DNA of 59,098 nucleotides. Origin: Candidatus Eiseniibacteriota bacterium (lineage in GTDB: Bacteria > Eisenbacteria > RBG-16-71-46 > SZUA-252). A model generated the notes under the pieces. It worked only from the letters and a program-made list of their open reading frames with translations. It did no database searches and was not told the origin of the DNA. The translations under genes were made by a program, and so were the position numbers. The stretch covers positions 1 through 59,098 of the forward strand of contig VBOX01000083.1 in NCBI GenBank assembly GCA_005893265.1, given 5' to 3'. Positions 37,795 through 47,220 of the stretch are shown here, piece after piece; within the stretch, counting starts at the first letter, position 1; each line of letters starts with the position of its first letter.

Positions 37795-38310
37795 CTATAG
37801 CTCCTCCGGATTGAATTTGCCGAAATCTTCCGGATTGAGCCCTTCGAGGTACTTCCTCAGCTCCTCGGCCTTTTCCTCGGCTGTCCTCTCGGTCTTGGGC
37901 GGTGCGATGTTCTCCGCGACCGATTTCTCGAAGAGCTTGTCCATGATGAAAATGGGCGCGCGCGATCGCAGCGCGATCGCGATGGAATCGCTCGGGCGGG
38001 CGTCGACCGCGACCGCTCCGGCGCCGCCGTCGACATAGATGTTGGCAAAAAACGTGCTGTCCTTGAGGTCGGTGATGACCACGCGCGAGACCTTCGCGTT
38101 CAATCCCTCCAGGATGTTGATCATGAGATCGTGCGTGAGGGGGCGCTGGTACTTCTTGCCGAGAAGCTCCATGTGAATCGCGCTCGCTTCCATGGGGCCG
38201 ATCCAGATGGGGAGCACCCGGCTTCCCTCAATCTCCTGCAAGAGAACCACCGGGCTCTTGGTGCGCTCATCGATCGCGAGGCCGCCCACGCGGACCGGAA
38301 TCATGCTCAT
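37795..38310 (-). CDS. bifunctional nuclease domain (DUF151/BFN) protein
   Basis: Trimmed to MSMIPVRVGGLAIDERTKSPVVLLQE...VLPIWIGPMEASAI...RPLTHDL, with an ATGA overlap on the upstream stop. Acidic C-terminal tail. Confidence 0.8.
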   Translation of the reverse strand: MSMIPVRVGGLAIDERTKSPVVLLQEIEGSRVLPIWIGPMEASAIHMELLGKKYQRPLTHDLMINILEGLNAKVSRVVITDLKDSTFFANIYVDGGAGAVAVDARPSDSIAIALRSRAPIFIMDKLFEKSVAENIAPPKTERTAEEKAEELRKYLEGLNPEDFGKFNPEEL

Positions 38311-39614
38311 GGCTTCGATTTCAAGCTGTCGGGCGGGGGGACGATTTCGAGAGTGGGGCCCTCTCCCATCGGCCCGAGTCCGGGCGGCGTGGCTCCGGTT
38401 CCCATGTTCGCGAGCATCCACTTCGCGGACGACACGAGGTCGGAATCGGGGTGCTCCCGGATAAACTTCTCGAATGCCTTGCGCGCCGCGGGATAGTCCT
38501 TGAGCTCCTCGGAGTATGTGAAGCCGATCATGAAGGCGGCCTGCACCGCCGATTTATCGTTGGGAAACCGCGAGACGATCCCTTCGAAAAGCTCGATCCG
38601 GTCGCGCGGGGAAACCTCGGCTTGCGCCTTCGCGAAGAGATCTGCGGGCGTCTGCGGCGGGTTGTGCGCAATTTTTATCGAGTCCGGGAACAGGACGAGC
38701 CCGTACCGAACCTTGAGGGAGTCCTGCAGGGTGTCGTCGAACTGCTGGTTGCGCTGACCCTCCAGCAACGATCGAATCCGCGGCTCCACGTCCTTGAATG
38801 GGTGCTCCCCCACCAGGGTCTGTTCGTCCACACGAATGAGATGCCACGCGCGGTCGCTTTTCAAAGGCTCGCTCGTTTCCCCTTCCTTGATCTTAAACGC
38901 GGCGGCCACGATCGAAGGAGCCCTTCCGAGCACGGGCACGAGATCGCTGTCGGTGGTCACGTACCCGAGGACCCCGCCCGTCTTCGAGTTCCCCTTGTCG
39001 GTGGAGTACTTGGCGCAGGTCTGATCCCAGGTCGAGCCCGCCCGAAGCCGTTTCAGGACCTCCCGGGCCCTCGCCTGCGTCGGGACCTGAATGTGTCGTA
39101 CGCGTGCACGGCCGGGGGCCTTGAAGTCATTCGCGTGCTCGTCGTAATAGCGGTGGACCGCCGAATCGGAAATCGCCGGAAGATTGCGCACCAGGTTCTT
39201 ATAGTAGTACTTCATGAGCAGCTGCCGCTGCGAGCCTGCAAGCTCCGCGCGGTAGTTGGGATCGGCTTCGGTGCCAACCCTCCTGGCCTCGAGAAAGAGC
39301 GCCCACTGCTGGGCGAGACGCTCCACGAGCGACTTGAACTGCTCCGGGTCCGAATATTCCTCCCGGATCGACGGCGGGGCGGACGCCAGGACCGAGTCGA
39401 CGTCCCGCATCGTGAACCGCCGACCCCCGACGATCGCCAGGGTCGGGCCGGTGTCGCGTCCGGACGGTCCCGACACGCCCGGCGCGGAGGAGGCGCTCTT
39501 CTTTGCCTCCGAAGAGCTTCCGGCGCAGCCCCAGAGGCCGAAGGCGAGGAGAATCCCCGCGAGACTGAGGTGAAGCGAGCGATTGAGGAACATGGAATCG
39601 GCAAAGCCTCTCAT
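38307..39614 (-). CDS. peptidyl-prolyl cis-trans isomerase (parvulin/SurA-PpiD-like) lipoprotein with C-terminal TPR-like region
   Basis: Signal/lipobox LLAFGLWGCAGSS. Parvulin core VRHIQVPTQARAREVLKRLRAGSTWDQTCAKYSTDKGNSKTGGVLGYV. ATGA overlap with the rplI stop; an alternative ATG lies at 39593. Confidence 0.8.
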   Translation of the reverse strand: MRGFADSMFLNRSLHLSLAGILLAFGLWGCAGSSSEAKKSASSAPGVSGPSGRDTGPTLAIVGGRRFTMRDVDSVLASAPPSIREEYSDPEQFKSLVERLAQQWALFLEARRVGTEADPNYRAELAGSQRQLLMKYYYKNLVRNLPAISDSAVHRYYDEHANDFKAPGRARVRHIQVPTQARAREVLKRLRAGSTWDQTCAKYSTDKGNSKTGGVLGYVTTDSDLVPVLGRAPSIVAAAFKIKEGETSEPLKSDRAWHLIRVDEQTLVGEHPFKDVEPRIRSLLEGQRNQQFDDTLQDSLKVRYGLVLFPDSIKIAHNPPQTPADLFAKAQAEVSPRDRIELFEGIVSRFPNDKSAVQAAFMIGFTYSEELKDYPAARKAFEKFIREHPDSDLVSSAKWMLANMGTGATPPGLGPMGEGPTLEIVPPPDSLKSKP

Positions 39615-40054
39615 TTGCGGACCACCCAGACTTTGACTGGGGCCTCGATATCTTCATAGAGGTGGATGGCGATCTCAAATACTCCGAGCGATTTGATCGG
39701 TTCCGGCAACCGCACGTTCTTTCGTTCGATCGTATGGCCCTTCGCGGAGAGCGCGTCCTGGATCTCGTGAGCGGTCACGGACCCGTACAATTGGTCATCC
39801 TCCCCCGCCTCCACGCTGAACTGGAGCGAGATCTGCGCCAGATCATCACGGAGCTTTTCGGCCGCCTGGCGCTGCTTCGCCTCGAGAGCCACGCGCGCCC
39901 TTTCACGATCCTTGAACACGGCGCGGGCGTTCCCGACGGCTTCGATCGCCTTCTTGCGCGGAATGAGAAAATTGCGGGCGTACCCGTCCGCGACGCGAAC
40001 GGCAGTCCCGCGTTTTCCCAGCCCGCCGATATCCTCGAGCAGAATGATCTCCAT
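39611..40054 (-). CDS. rplI: 50S ribosomal protein L9
   Basis: 147 aa. MEIILLEDIGGLGKRGTAVRVADGYARNFLIPRKKA. Confidence 0.95.
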   Translation of the reverse strand: MEIILLEDIGGLGKRGTAVRVADGYARNFLIPRKKAIEAVGNARAVFKDRERARVALEAKQRQAAEKLRDDLAQISLQFSVEAGEDDQLYGSVTAHEIQDALSAKGHTIERKNVRLPEPIKSLGVFEIAIHLYEDIEAPVKVWVVRK

Positions 40055-40063
40055 CAGCTCCTC

Positions 40064-41059
40064 CTAGTCGCCCATGCCACGCCCACCCCCGAGCGGTGCG
40101 CCCGGGTTGGATGTGGCCCTGAGACGAAAGTCGTACCAAACATCGAGTAATCCGACGGCCAACACGGTCGTGATGAGAATCGGCATGAGCACCAGCAGGA
40201 CCAGGACGGCCGCTTGGACAAGACCCCGGATGTGAAACGCCTGAGCGACGTACCGGGCGACCGCGAAACCCTGCACGACGTAGGCGAGCGCAAGCGGAAA
40301 CGCCAGATTCACGCCCGCCTCGAAGGCCGGCTTCCACCGCGTGACCATCAGGAGGAGCGCCAGCGCAAGAACCCAGGCGCCGACCGGGTGGACCCGCCAC
40401 ACCGAGAATTCGGAGAAGGCCGGGAATCCCCCTTCGTCCTCCTGGAAGAGAACCGACGCCAGCCAGCAGTTGGTGGCGATCACGACGATCCACTTGAGCG
40501 CGAAAAGAGACGGGAGCAGGAGCGTCCACACGCGCCCCGTCTGCTCCAGCGCCTGGTTGAACTCGCTCGCCGAAAGTCCGAGCGTCTGCGACAGCCGATG
40601 CTCGCTTTCCATGCGTTTGAGCTCGCCGATCCGGGTCGCGAGGAGGCGGGTCAGCTCGTCCATCCCTCCCGCGAGCAGGTATCCGGCCGAAACCGCCAGC
40701 ACCAGCGCCGCCGCGAGGCTCGCGGTGACCGAGGCGGGCATCCCCCGCCTGGCACACGCGGCGAGCAGGAGCCCCGCGGCCGCGAGCACCGCGATGAACA
40801 CGAGCTGGTGAGGCTCTTTGATCCCGGAGGCGTACAGCGCGCCCAAGGTCGAGCTCGCCGCGAGGGCTCCCAGAAGGAGACCTACCTTGCGGGCGAGCCA
40901 CAGAAGGGCGAGCGGCAGGAGCCCGAACACCCACGGCAGGGGCGAGGGAATGTCCGTGTTGGCCGCGGCGATCAGAAGGGCACCGACCAGGATCGCTCCG
41001 ATCGCGCGGAATGCGTTTCCGAGCGAGAGCGACCGGCCGGGCTCAGCGATACTGCTCAC
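40064..41059 (-). CDS. DUF2232 (YybS-like) polytopic membrane protein
   Basis: 331 aa, multi-TM. It sits between rpsR and rplI, the same position as yybS in Firmicutes. The family call rests on context and topology. Confidence 0.65.
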   Translation of the reverse strand: MSSIAEPGRSLSLGNAFRAIGAILVGALLIAAANTDIPSPLPWVFGLLPLALLWLARKVGLLLGALAASSTLGALYASGIKEPHQLVFIAVLAAAGLLLAACARRGMPASVTASLAAALVLAVSAGYLLAGGMDELTRLLATRIGELKRMESEHRLSQTLGLSASEFNQALEQTGRVWTLLLPSLFALKWIVVIATNCWLASVLFQEDEGGFPAFSEFSVWRVHPVGAWVLALALLLMVTRWKPAFEAGVNLAFPLALAYVVQGFAVARYVAQAFHIRGLVQAAVLVLLVLMPILITTVLAVGLLDVWYDFRLRATSNPGAPLGGGRGMGD

Positions 41060-41285
41060 TGGTGAACGGCAGGAGTGCGAGAACGCGTGCGCGCTTCACG
41101 GCCTCGGTGATCTGGGCCTGGTGGCGGGCGCAGGTGCCCGAAATCCGACGCGGAACGATCTTCCCGCGATCCGTGATGAAGCGCGTGAGCCTCCGGTCGT
41201 CCTTGTAGTCAATCCGGTCGACCTTGTCGAAGCAAAGCTTGCAGAATTTCCTTCGAAACGATCTCGATTCGCCCTCACGGCTCAT
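41043..41285 (-). CDS. rpsR: 30S ribosomal protein S18
   Basis: 80 aa. [46 protein letters not shown]. Confidence 0.95.
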   Translation of the reverse strand: MSREGESRSFRRKFCKLCFDKVDRIDYKDDRRLTRFITDRGKIVPRRISGTCARHQAQITEAVKRARVLALLPFTSEQYR

Positions 41286-41658
41286 GGATCTCTCTCCTCG
41301 TCGATACGGTCTCCGCGCCCGCCGCGGCTGTCTCCGCGACGCGGCCCGGTTCTTCGGCCGCCCGCGGGGATTCCTTCGCCGCGAGCACCGTCAGGTGCCT
41401 GAGCACGCCCTCGTTCAGGCGAAAACGGCGATCCATCTCGCCGATAAGCTCCGCCGGGCTCTTGTGCTTGATGTGGATGTAGGTACCGTCGCGGCGCTTG
41501 CGGATATTGTAGGCGAGCTTCCGCTTCCCCCAGCGCTGGACCTCGATCACCTCGCCGCCCGCCTGCCCGATGCTCTGCGACACGCGTTCCACTTCATCGT
41601 TGATACGGGCCTCTTCGAGGCCGGGATCGAAAATAATCGTCGTCTCGTAGATCTTCAT
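41275..41658 (-). CDS. rpsF: 30S ribosomal protein S6
   Basis: Trimmed to [14 protein letters not shown]...[13 protein letters not shown]. The start lies after the pth stop at 41666. Confidence 0.95.
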   Translation of the reverse strand: MKIYETTIIFDPGLEEARINDEVERVSQSIGQAGGEVIEVQRWGKRKLAYNIRKRRDGTYIHIKHKSPAELIGEMDRRFRLNEGVLRHLTVLAAKESPRAAEEPGRVAETAAAGAETVSTRREIHEP

Positions 41659-41665
41659 GAATTCC

Positions 41666-42241
41666 TCACTCCTCAACCGGGTCCAGTCCGAATCGGTTCC
41701 AACGGTTCATGGCTTTCCCCAATCCCGACGCAGCAGCGTCGTACGCCGCGCACGCGGCTCCCTCGAGCACCTCAGGGAGCCGTGCACGCTCCTCCTCGTC
41801 AAACTGCGCGAGCACGAAATCGGGAAGATCGGCCGATGGTGGCGCGGGCCCCACCCCGATCCGGAGCCTCGGAAACTCCGTCGTGCCGATCTCTTCGCGG
41901 ATCGATTCGAGCCCCTGATGCCCCCCGGTGCCGCCCGAGGTGCGGAGCCGGATCGAGCCAAGCGGGAGGTACACGTCGTCGAACACCACCAAGATCTCCG
42001 ACGCGAACCATCCTTCCGCAAGCAGCGCCCGGAATGCCTCGCCGCTTCGATTCATGTAGGTCTGCGGCTTGACCAGGGAGATCCGCTGTCCGTCCGCCCT
42101 GCCCTCCCCGCGCACGACGACACCCTTGCGCCGCCATCCGGTGAAGCCGCCGAGCTTCCGGGCCAGGAGGTCCACCGCCATGAAGCCGGCGTTGTGGCGC
42201 GTCCCGTCGTACTCCGGGCCCGGATTGCCCAGACCGACCAC
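41666..42241 (-). CDS. pth: peptidyl-tRNA hydrolase
   Basis: 191 aa. VGLGNPGPEYDGTRHNAGF and GTGGHQGLESI. GTG start. Confidence 0.95.
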   Translation of the reverse strand: MVGLGNPGPEYDGTRHNAGFMAVDLLARKLGGFTGWRRKGVVVRGEGRADGQRISLVKPQTYMNRSGEAFRALLAEGWFASEILVVFDDVYLPLGSIRLRTSGGTGGHQGLESIREEIGTTEFPRLRIGVGPAPPSADLPDFVLAQFDEEERARLPEVLEGAACAAYDAAASGLGKAMNRWNRFGLDPVEE

Positions 42242-42254
42242 GACGTTGGGCCCG

Positions 42255-42929
42255 TTAACCTTGCTTGCCTCCCTCTTCGGGCTCCGCGGCCTCGTCCTTC
42301 TTCTCCTTGGCGATCAGCTCGGGCTCCGCCTCGACGACTTCCTCCGCCGGCTTCACCTCTTCGAGTATCGTCGGCGGTACGACGGCGGCGATCGCGCGAT
42401 CCATCTCGGTCTTGATCTCGGCACGCTCCGTCTTGATGTCGCTCACATGGAGCGAGTCGCCGATGGCGAGGCCGCTCACGTCCACCTCGAGCTTGGACGG
42501 AATCTCGGTCGGGAGGCACTCGACCTCCACTTCGCGAAGAAGGTGCTCGAGGATTCCGCCCGCGTCCTTGACGCCGATCGGCGTGCCGAGGAGGACGATC
42601 GGCACTTGAACCGTGATCCGCTCGGTGAGCGAGATGTGCTGGAGATCCAGGTGGAGAATCAGCCCGGCGACCGGGTCGCGCTGGATTTCCCGGATGAGCG
42701 CCTTGCGGTCCTTGGGTTTGTCTCCGGACACCTTGAGATCCACGATCACGTTGCTGCCTTCAGCGGAGTGGATCACCGATTCCAGCTCTTTCAGGCTGAT
42801 CGTGAGCGGGATCGAGTCCTCGCCCCGACCGTAGTAGACTGCCGGGACGCGCCCGCCGGCGCGCAGCTTTCGCGCCACGCCTTTGCCGACGTCGGCGCGC
42901 CGCGCGGCTTCCAGAGAAACAATCGCCAT
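42255..42929 (-). CDS. rplY: 50S ribosomal protein L25 / general stress protein Ctc
   Basis: 224 aa. GKGVARKLRAGGRVPAVYYG, and the long Ctc-type form with an acidic tail. Confidence 0.9.
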   Translation of the reverse strand: MAIVSLEAARRADVGKGVARKLRAGGRVPAVYYGRGEDSIPLTISLKELESVIHSAEGSNVIVDLKVSGDKPKDRKALIREIQRDPVAGLILHLDLQHISLTERITVQVPIVLLGTPIGVKDAGGILEHLLREVEVECLPTEIPSKLEVDVSGLAIGDSLHVSDIKTERAEIKTEMDRAIAAVVPPTILEEVKPAEEVVEAEPELIAKEKKDEAAEPEEGGKQG

Positions 42930-42978
42930 GGGTGCGGCTCCTTCCTAATTCCCTACGCGTCCTTCGCGTGGATTCTGG

Positions 42979-43992
42979 TCAAATGAAAAGCGAACTCAGC
43001 GATTCTTCGTCGTGGATGCGGCGTATCGCCTCCCCCAAAAGCCCCGCGACCGAAAGCATCTTGATCGTGGGCCCGAGCTTGTCCGCATCGTGCGGAATGC
43101 TGTCCGTCACGATCAGCTCGCGCACCGAGGACCGGCGGATCCGCTCGACCGCGTCCCCGCACAGCACGGCGTGTGTGCACGCGGCGTAGATGTCCTTGGC
43201 GCCCGCGCGCTTGAGCGCTTCGGCCGCCTCGACCAGCGTCGCGCCCGTGCTCACGACGTCGTCGAAAATCACCACGTTCTTGCCTTCCACCTCGCCGATG
43301 ACGTTCATCATCTCCACCGCGTCGGGCCGGGGGCGCCGTTTGTCGACGACCGCGAGGCCGACTCCGAGCCGCTTCGCGTACGCGCGCGCCATCTTCACGC
43401 TCCCGATGTCCGGCGCGACCGCGATCAGGTTCGGAATGCTCAGGTGGATGTAGTAATCCACGAGCACCGGCGCGGCATACAAATGGTCGAACGGAATGTC
43501 GAAGAACCCCTGGATCTGCGCCGAGTGCAGATCCATCGTCATTACACGGTCGGCCCCCGCCGTGGTGATCAGGTTGGCAACGAGCTTCGCCGTGATCGGC
43601 ACCCGCGGCTGGTCTTTTCGATCCTGCCTTTGGTAGCCGAAATACGGAATGACGGCAGTCACACGGCCGGCCGATGCCCGCCGCGCGGCGTCGATCATCA
43701 CGAGCAGCTCCATGAGATTCGTCGCCGGAGGGAACGTGGGCTGGAACACGAAGATGTCCGAGCCGCGGATGTTCTCGTTGATCTTGACGGAGGTCTCGCC
43801 GTCCGAGAACTGATCGACCGTCGCGTCCCCCAGCTCGGTCCCGAGGGACTCGCAAATCGCCTCGGCCAGCGGCCGGTTCGCGTTTCCCGTGAACAGGCGC
43901 AGGCGCGTTTCCGCCGCGCGCTTGCGGGGCGATTCGGGCTCATGTCCGGGTGCTGTGACCGGACGACGATCCGCGGCGAGCTTTACCGTCAT
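42979..43992 (-). CDS. prs: ribose-phosphate pyrophosphokinase (PRPP synthetase)
   Basis: Trimmed to MTVKLAAD..., with AGGAGG 5 nt upstream. LRLFTGNANRPLAEAI, YFGYQRQDRK, and the PRPP loop VIFDDVVSTGATL. Confidence 0.95.
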   Translation of the reverse strand: MTVKLAADRRPVTAPGHEPESPRKRAAETRLRLFTGNANRPLAEAICESLGTELGDATVDQFSDGETSVKINENIRGSDIFVFQPTFPPATNLMELLVMIDAARRASAGRVTAVIPYFGYQRQDRKDQPRVPITAKLVANLITTAGADRVMTMDLHSAQIQGFFDIPFDHLYAAPVLVDYYIHLSIPNLIAVAPDIGSVKMARAYAKRLGVGLAVVDKRRPRPDAVEMMNVIGEVEGKNVVIFDDVVSTGATLVEAAEALKRAGAKDIYAACTHAVLCGDAVERIRRSSVRELIVTDSIPHDADKLGPTIKMLSVAGLLGEAIRRIHDEESLSSLFI

Positions 43993-44012
43993 CGTTTCCT
44001 CCTGGGAATTCC

Positions 44013-44057
44013 CAGAAAACAAAAAACCCAAGGCCGATTGACGACTTCGTCAATCGG
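44013..44057 (-). terminator. candidate rho-independent terminator between tRNA-Gln and prs
   Basis: Minus strand. A 10-bp perfect stem CCGATTGACG/CGTCAATCGG with a 4-nt loop (44034..44057), followed after 5-6 nt by GGGTTTTTTGTTTT. The U-tract is not immediately adjacent, hence the moderate confidence. Confidence 0.45.
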
Positions 44058-44209
44058 GCCCGACGCGCCTTCCGGCGCTCGATGGGCCGGAGGCTCTCCC
44101 TCCGGGGCCCGGCGATCGAGGTCAATTGTCTTGGGCTGAAGCTAACGCCGCCTGATCTGCGGCGAGACGGATTCTAGCGCATCCGGACCCGAAGCGGATC
44201 GGGAAAATA

Positions 44210-44284
44210 TGGTTGGGGCGGGAGGATTCGAACCTCCGGATGGGAGATCCAAAGTCTCCTGGCTTACCACTTGCCGACGCCCCA
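44210..44284 (-). tRNA. tRNA-Gln (anticodon UUG), CCA encoded
   Basis: Hand-folded 75-nt cloverleaf: acceptor TGGGGCG/CGCCCCA, anticodon stem GGAGA/TCTCC with loop CTTTGGA (UUG), T arm GGAGG-TTCGAAT-CCTCC, 3' ACCA. Confidence 0.9.
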
Positions 44285-44356
44285 ATCGCTTGACGGACGA
44301 AAGGCCGAGCCCCCGATCGACTTCATCGGGACGACGGCGAAGCCCTCGCCCATCCT

Positions 44357-44644
44357 TTACATGCTGAGGGCGAGGGGCGGCTGCTTGGCCCGCTCCTTTT
44401 CGTATTCAGCGAGGATCCGATCCTCGATGAATTTCCGAGTCTCGTTGTTGATGGGATGCGCGACGTCCTGGTAAGTCCCATCCGGACGCTTCCGACTGGG
44501 CATCGCCACGAACATGCCGTTCGTCCCTTCGATGATCTTGAGTCCTCGAATGACGAACGCGTCGTTGAAGGTCATGCTCGCGAATGCTTTCAACTTGTCG
44601 TCGTCCCGAAGGGAAATACGGACCTCGGTGATTTCGAGCGTCAT
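44357..44644 (-). CDS. spoVG: septation/regulatory protein SpoVG
   Basis: ORF trimmed to MTLEITEVRISLRDDDKLKAFASMTFNDAFVIRGLKIIEGTNGMFVAMPSRK, the near-invariant SpoVG core. Confidence 0.9.
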   Translation of the reverse strand: MTLEITEVRISLRDDDKLKAFASMTFNDAFVIRGLKIIEGTNGMFVAMPSRKRPDGTYQDVAHPINNETRKFIEDRILAEYEKERAKQPPLALSM

Positions 44645-44756
44645 ACCGTCACCGCCTCGAGTTCCGGACCTCGTTCCGTCGAAGTCCTGGGATCCATCGC
44701 TGGATCCGGCCCCATCGCACCCCCCAAACATCAGCGCCCGGTGTCGGCTTTCGCCG

Positions 44757-45656
44757 TTACGCAACTCCTGCCATTCTGACGCCTCGTTCGGTGGTACGCA
44801 CGACGTGGACTGTCGCTCCCGCAGCGGCGGCCCTCTCCGCCGCCCGTTGCGCGTCAGCCTGCGTCAGTGCGAGCCCGAAAACCGTCGAACCACTACCGGA
44901 CAGAAGCGAACCCAGGAGGTCGCTTTCACCGAGCAAACGCCTGAGTCTTGCGACAATCTCCAATTCCGGAAGGACAACGCCCTCGAAATCGTTGTGCAAA
45001 CCCGATGCGATTGAGCTCCAGTCATGTCTTTCAATCGCCGCGGCGAGCATACTAGCGCCAGAGCCGGGGGGTGTCAATCGAATTCTGACCCGCCCGTAGG
45101 CCCAAGTTGTTGAAACTGCGATAGGTGGCGTCGCCAGGACGATCCATACACCAGGTAGAGGACAAAGATGTCTCACCTCGTCCCCTCGCCCCGTCGCGCG
45201 CGCCGTTCCACCCCTCAAGAAGAAGGGAACGTCGGCGCCAAGCGCCGATGCCATCTCCCGAAGCCTTTCATCCACGAACCCCAGCCCGAGCAGCCGGTTC
45301 ACGCCTATGAGAAATCCCGCGGCGTCGCTGCTTCCGCCCCCGAGCCCCGCCCCGATCGGAATGCGCTTTGTGAGCCGTACGCGGACCCCGCGCCGATTGT
45401 TCCGCGCTTGCTCCTCGATGAATGACCACGCCCGCTCGATAATGTTGGGACCGTTTTTCGGAATCCGGATCCCGCGCGTTTCGAGAGCAAATCCCTCCCG
45501 TGCCTCTTCGAGCAGGAGCTCGTCTTCGAGCAGCACGGTCTGCAAGATCGTATCGACCTCGTGGTAGCCGTCCGGACGACGGCCCAGGATCCAGAGGCCG
45601 AGGTTGATTTTCGCCGGGCAGCGGATTCGGAGAGGCGCGGATCCGCCACGGCTCAC
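44757..45656 (-). CDS. ispE: 4-diphosphocytidyl-2-C-methyl-D-erythritol kinase
   Basis: ORF 44757..46520 trimmed to a GTG overlapping the upstream stop (GTGA). PAKINLGLWILGRRPDGYHEV and the GHMP motif IPIGAGLGGGSSDAA. Confidence 0.9.
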   Translation of the reverse strand: MSRGGSAPLRIRCPAKINLGLWILGRRPDGYHEVDTILQTVLLEDELLLEEAREGFALETRGIRIPKNGPNIIERAWSFIEEQARNNRRGVRVRLTKRIPIGAGLGGGSSDAAGFLIGVNRLLGLGFVDERLREMASALGADVPFFLRGGTARATGRGDEVRHLCPLPGVWIVLATPPIAVSTTWAYGRVRIRLTPPGSGASMLAAAIERHDWSSIASGLHNDFEGVVLPELEIVARLRRLLGESDLLGSLLSGSGSTVFGLALTQADAQRAAERAAAAGATVHVVRTTERGVRMAGVA

Positions 45657-46558
45657 CTCGCGGGCCAGTAGAGGATCGCGAGCAACGCCGCGCCCCAGAG
45701 GAGGACGTTCACGAGGGTGGGCCGGTCGCGGAAGAGATGCTCCGAGGGATTGCCTCCCTTCTCCTCCGCGTACATGAGGTACAGATACCGGAAGATTCCG
45801 TAGAGCACGAACGGGATGGTGAGGTAGAGGGGACGCCCGCTGAATTTCGAAATCGTCTCCGGGGAGATCGTGTACACAGAGTAGGCGAGCACCGTCGCGC
45901 TCGTCACCACCGCGACGAGCTGGTCGAGCAACCGAGGCGTGTAGGCGCCCAACGCGGCGCGATGGAGCCGGGCGTCCCCCTCGAGCGTGGCAAGCTCGTG
46001 CCGGCGTTTGCCGATCGCGAGAAAGAGCGCGAGAAAGAACGCGCACACCAGGAGCCACGGCGAGAGGATCACCTCTTCTCCGCTCTGCATCGCACGGTCG
46101 CGGATGAGCTCGACTCCCGCGGTCGCGCGCAGCACGAATCCCAGCGCGATGGTCACGACGTCCAGGAGCACGACCTGCTTGAGGAATAGGGAATAGGTGA
46201 GGGTGAGCGCCACGTATCCGGCCGCCGTGCATCCGAAACGGATTCCGAGCAAGAATGCGCCGCCCAGGCCGACGGCGAGGAACGCAAACGCCCAACCGGC
46301 GGCGACGCCCACGGGAACCTTGCCCGCGGCGATCGGCCGGTCCCGCTTCGTGGGATGGAGCCGGTCGCGCTCGATGTCCAGGATGTCGTTCAGGATGTAA
46401 CTGCCGGATACGGCGAGCGAGAAGAGGAAGAATCCCAGGATCGTGTCCCGCACGTATGGCGGATCGAGAAACTTGAGCGTGAAGATGAGGCCGGCAAAGA
46501 TAACGAGGTTCTTCGTCCACTGGTAGATCCGCATCGATTGGACGATGTACCGCATCAT
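45653..46558 (-). CDS. UbiA-family prenyl-phosphate phosphoribosyltransferase (decaprenyl-phosphate phosphoribosyltransferase-like)
   Basis: Trimmed to MMRYIVQSMRIYQWTKNLVIFAG, with an ATGA overlap. Motif YILNDILDIERDRLHPTKRDRPIAAG, characteristic of the DPPR-synthase subgroup of UbiA. 7-9 TM helices. Confidence 0.8.
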   Translation of the reverse strand: MMRYIVQSMRIYQWTKNLVIFAGLIFTLKFLDPPYVRDTILGFFLFSLAVSGSYILNDILDIERDRLHPTKRDRPIAAGKVPVGVAAGWAFAFLAVGLGGAFLLGIRFGCTAAGYVALTLTYSLFLKQVVLLDVVTIALGFVLRATAGVELIRDRAMQSGEEVILSPWLLVCAFFLALFLAIGKRRHELATLEGDARLHRAALGAYTPRLLDQLVAVVTSATVLAYSVYTISPETISKFSGRPLYLTIPFVLYGIFRYLYLMYAEEKGGNPSEHLFRDRPTLVNVLLWGAALLAILYWPAR

Positions 46559-47220
46559 CCGCGGCGTTTCCTCGCGCGCCGGGCGCGCCGCGGCCCAGCT
46601 TCTTTCGTACTCCGCGCGCGCGCCGCGTCCTCCGCGCGTTCGCAGAGGATATGCCCGACCAGGAGATGCACCTCCTGGATCCGCGCTGTCTCGCGGGAGG
46701 GAACGACCACCGCGGCGTCGCAACGCCGCGCGAAGGCCGCTCCCCCTCCGCCGGTCATGCCGATCACGGCGAGCCCACGGGCCCGCGCGGCGCGGACCGC
46801 TTCCAGCATGTTCGGGGAGCGGCCGCTCGTCGTCATGGCGACCAGGAGATCCCCCCGGCGCCCAAGCGCTTCGATTTGACGCGCGAAGACGCGCTCGAAA
46901 CCGTAGTCGTTCCCGACCGCGGTGATCAGCGAACCGTCCGCGCTGAGCGCGACGGCCGGAAGGGCATCGCGGTCGCGCACAAACCGCCCGACGAGCTCCG
47001 TCGCCAAATGCTGCGCCTCGGCCGCGCTCCCGCCGTTCCCACAGAAAAAGACGGTGCGCCCACCGGCGACCGTCGCGCTCATGATCCGGGCCATGCGCTC
47101 GATCGCATCCAGCTCGCGTGCGAAGACCGCGATGAGGGTGGCGGCGCTTTCCGCGAAGGTGCGGCGAACCCGGTTCGAAGCGAGGGTCGCGTCGCCCCGC
47201 TTCGCCGGACGCGGGCTCAA
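46555..47220 (-). CDS. gmhA: SIS-domain D-sedoheptulose 7-phosphate isomerase
   Basis: FFCGNGGSAAEAQHLATELVGRF, VGNDYGFERVFARQ, and LVAMTTSGRSPN. I chose the TTG overlapping the rfbD stop as the start; the track's GTG at 47247 is an alternative. Confidence 0.8.
   Translation of the reverse strand: MSPRPAKRGDATLASNRVRRTFAESAATLIAVFARELDAIERMARIMSATVAGGRTVFFCGNGGSAAEAQHLATELVGRFVRDRDALPAVALSADGSLITAVGNDYGFERVFARQIEALGRRGDLLVAMTTSGRSPNMLEAVRAARARGLAVIGMTGGGGAAFARRCDAAVVVPSRETARIQEVHLLVGHILCERAEDAARARSTKEAGPRRARRARKRRG

Noticed and set aside
44002-44015. CTGGGAATTCCCAG palindrome as a restriction-modification or transcription-factor site.
   Set aside because: It occurs only once and contains GAATTC. 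With only a 5-bp stem as RNA, it is too weak alone to call an element. It is mentioned only as part of the prs leader observation.
44210-44284. tRNA-Gln as an integration hotspot flanked by a genomic island or mobile element.
   Set aside because: Both flanks carry conserved housekeeping genes (spoVG, prs). I saw no integrase, no direct repeat of the tRNA 3' end, and no compositional shift.
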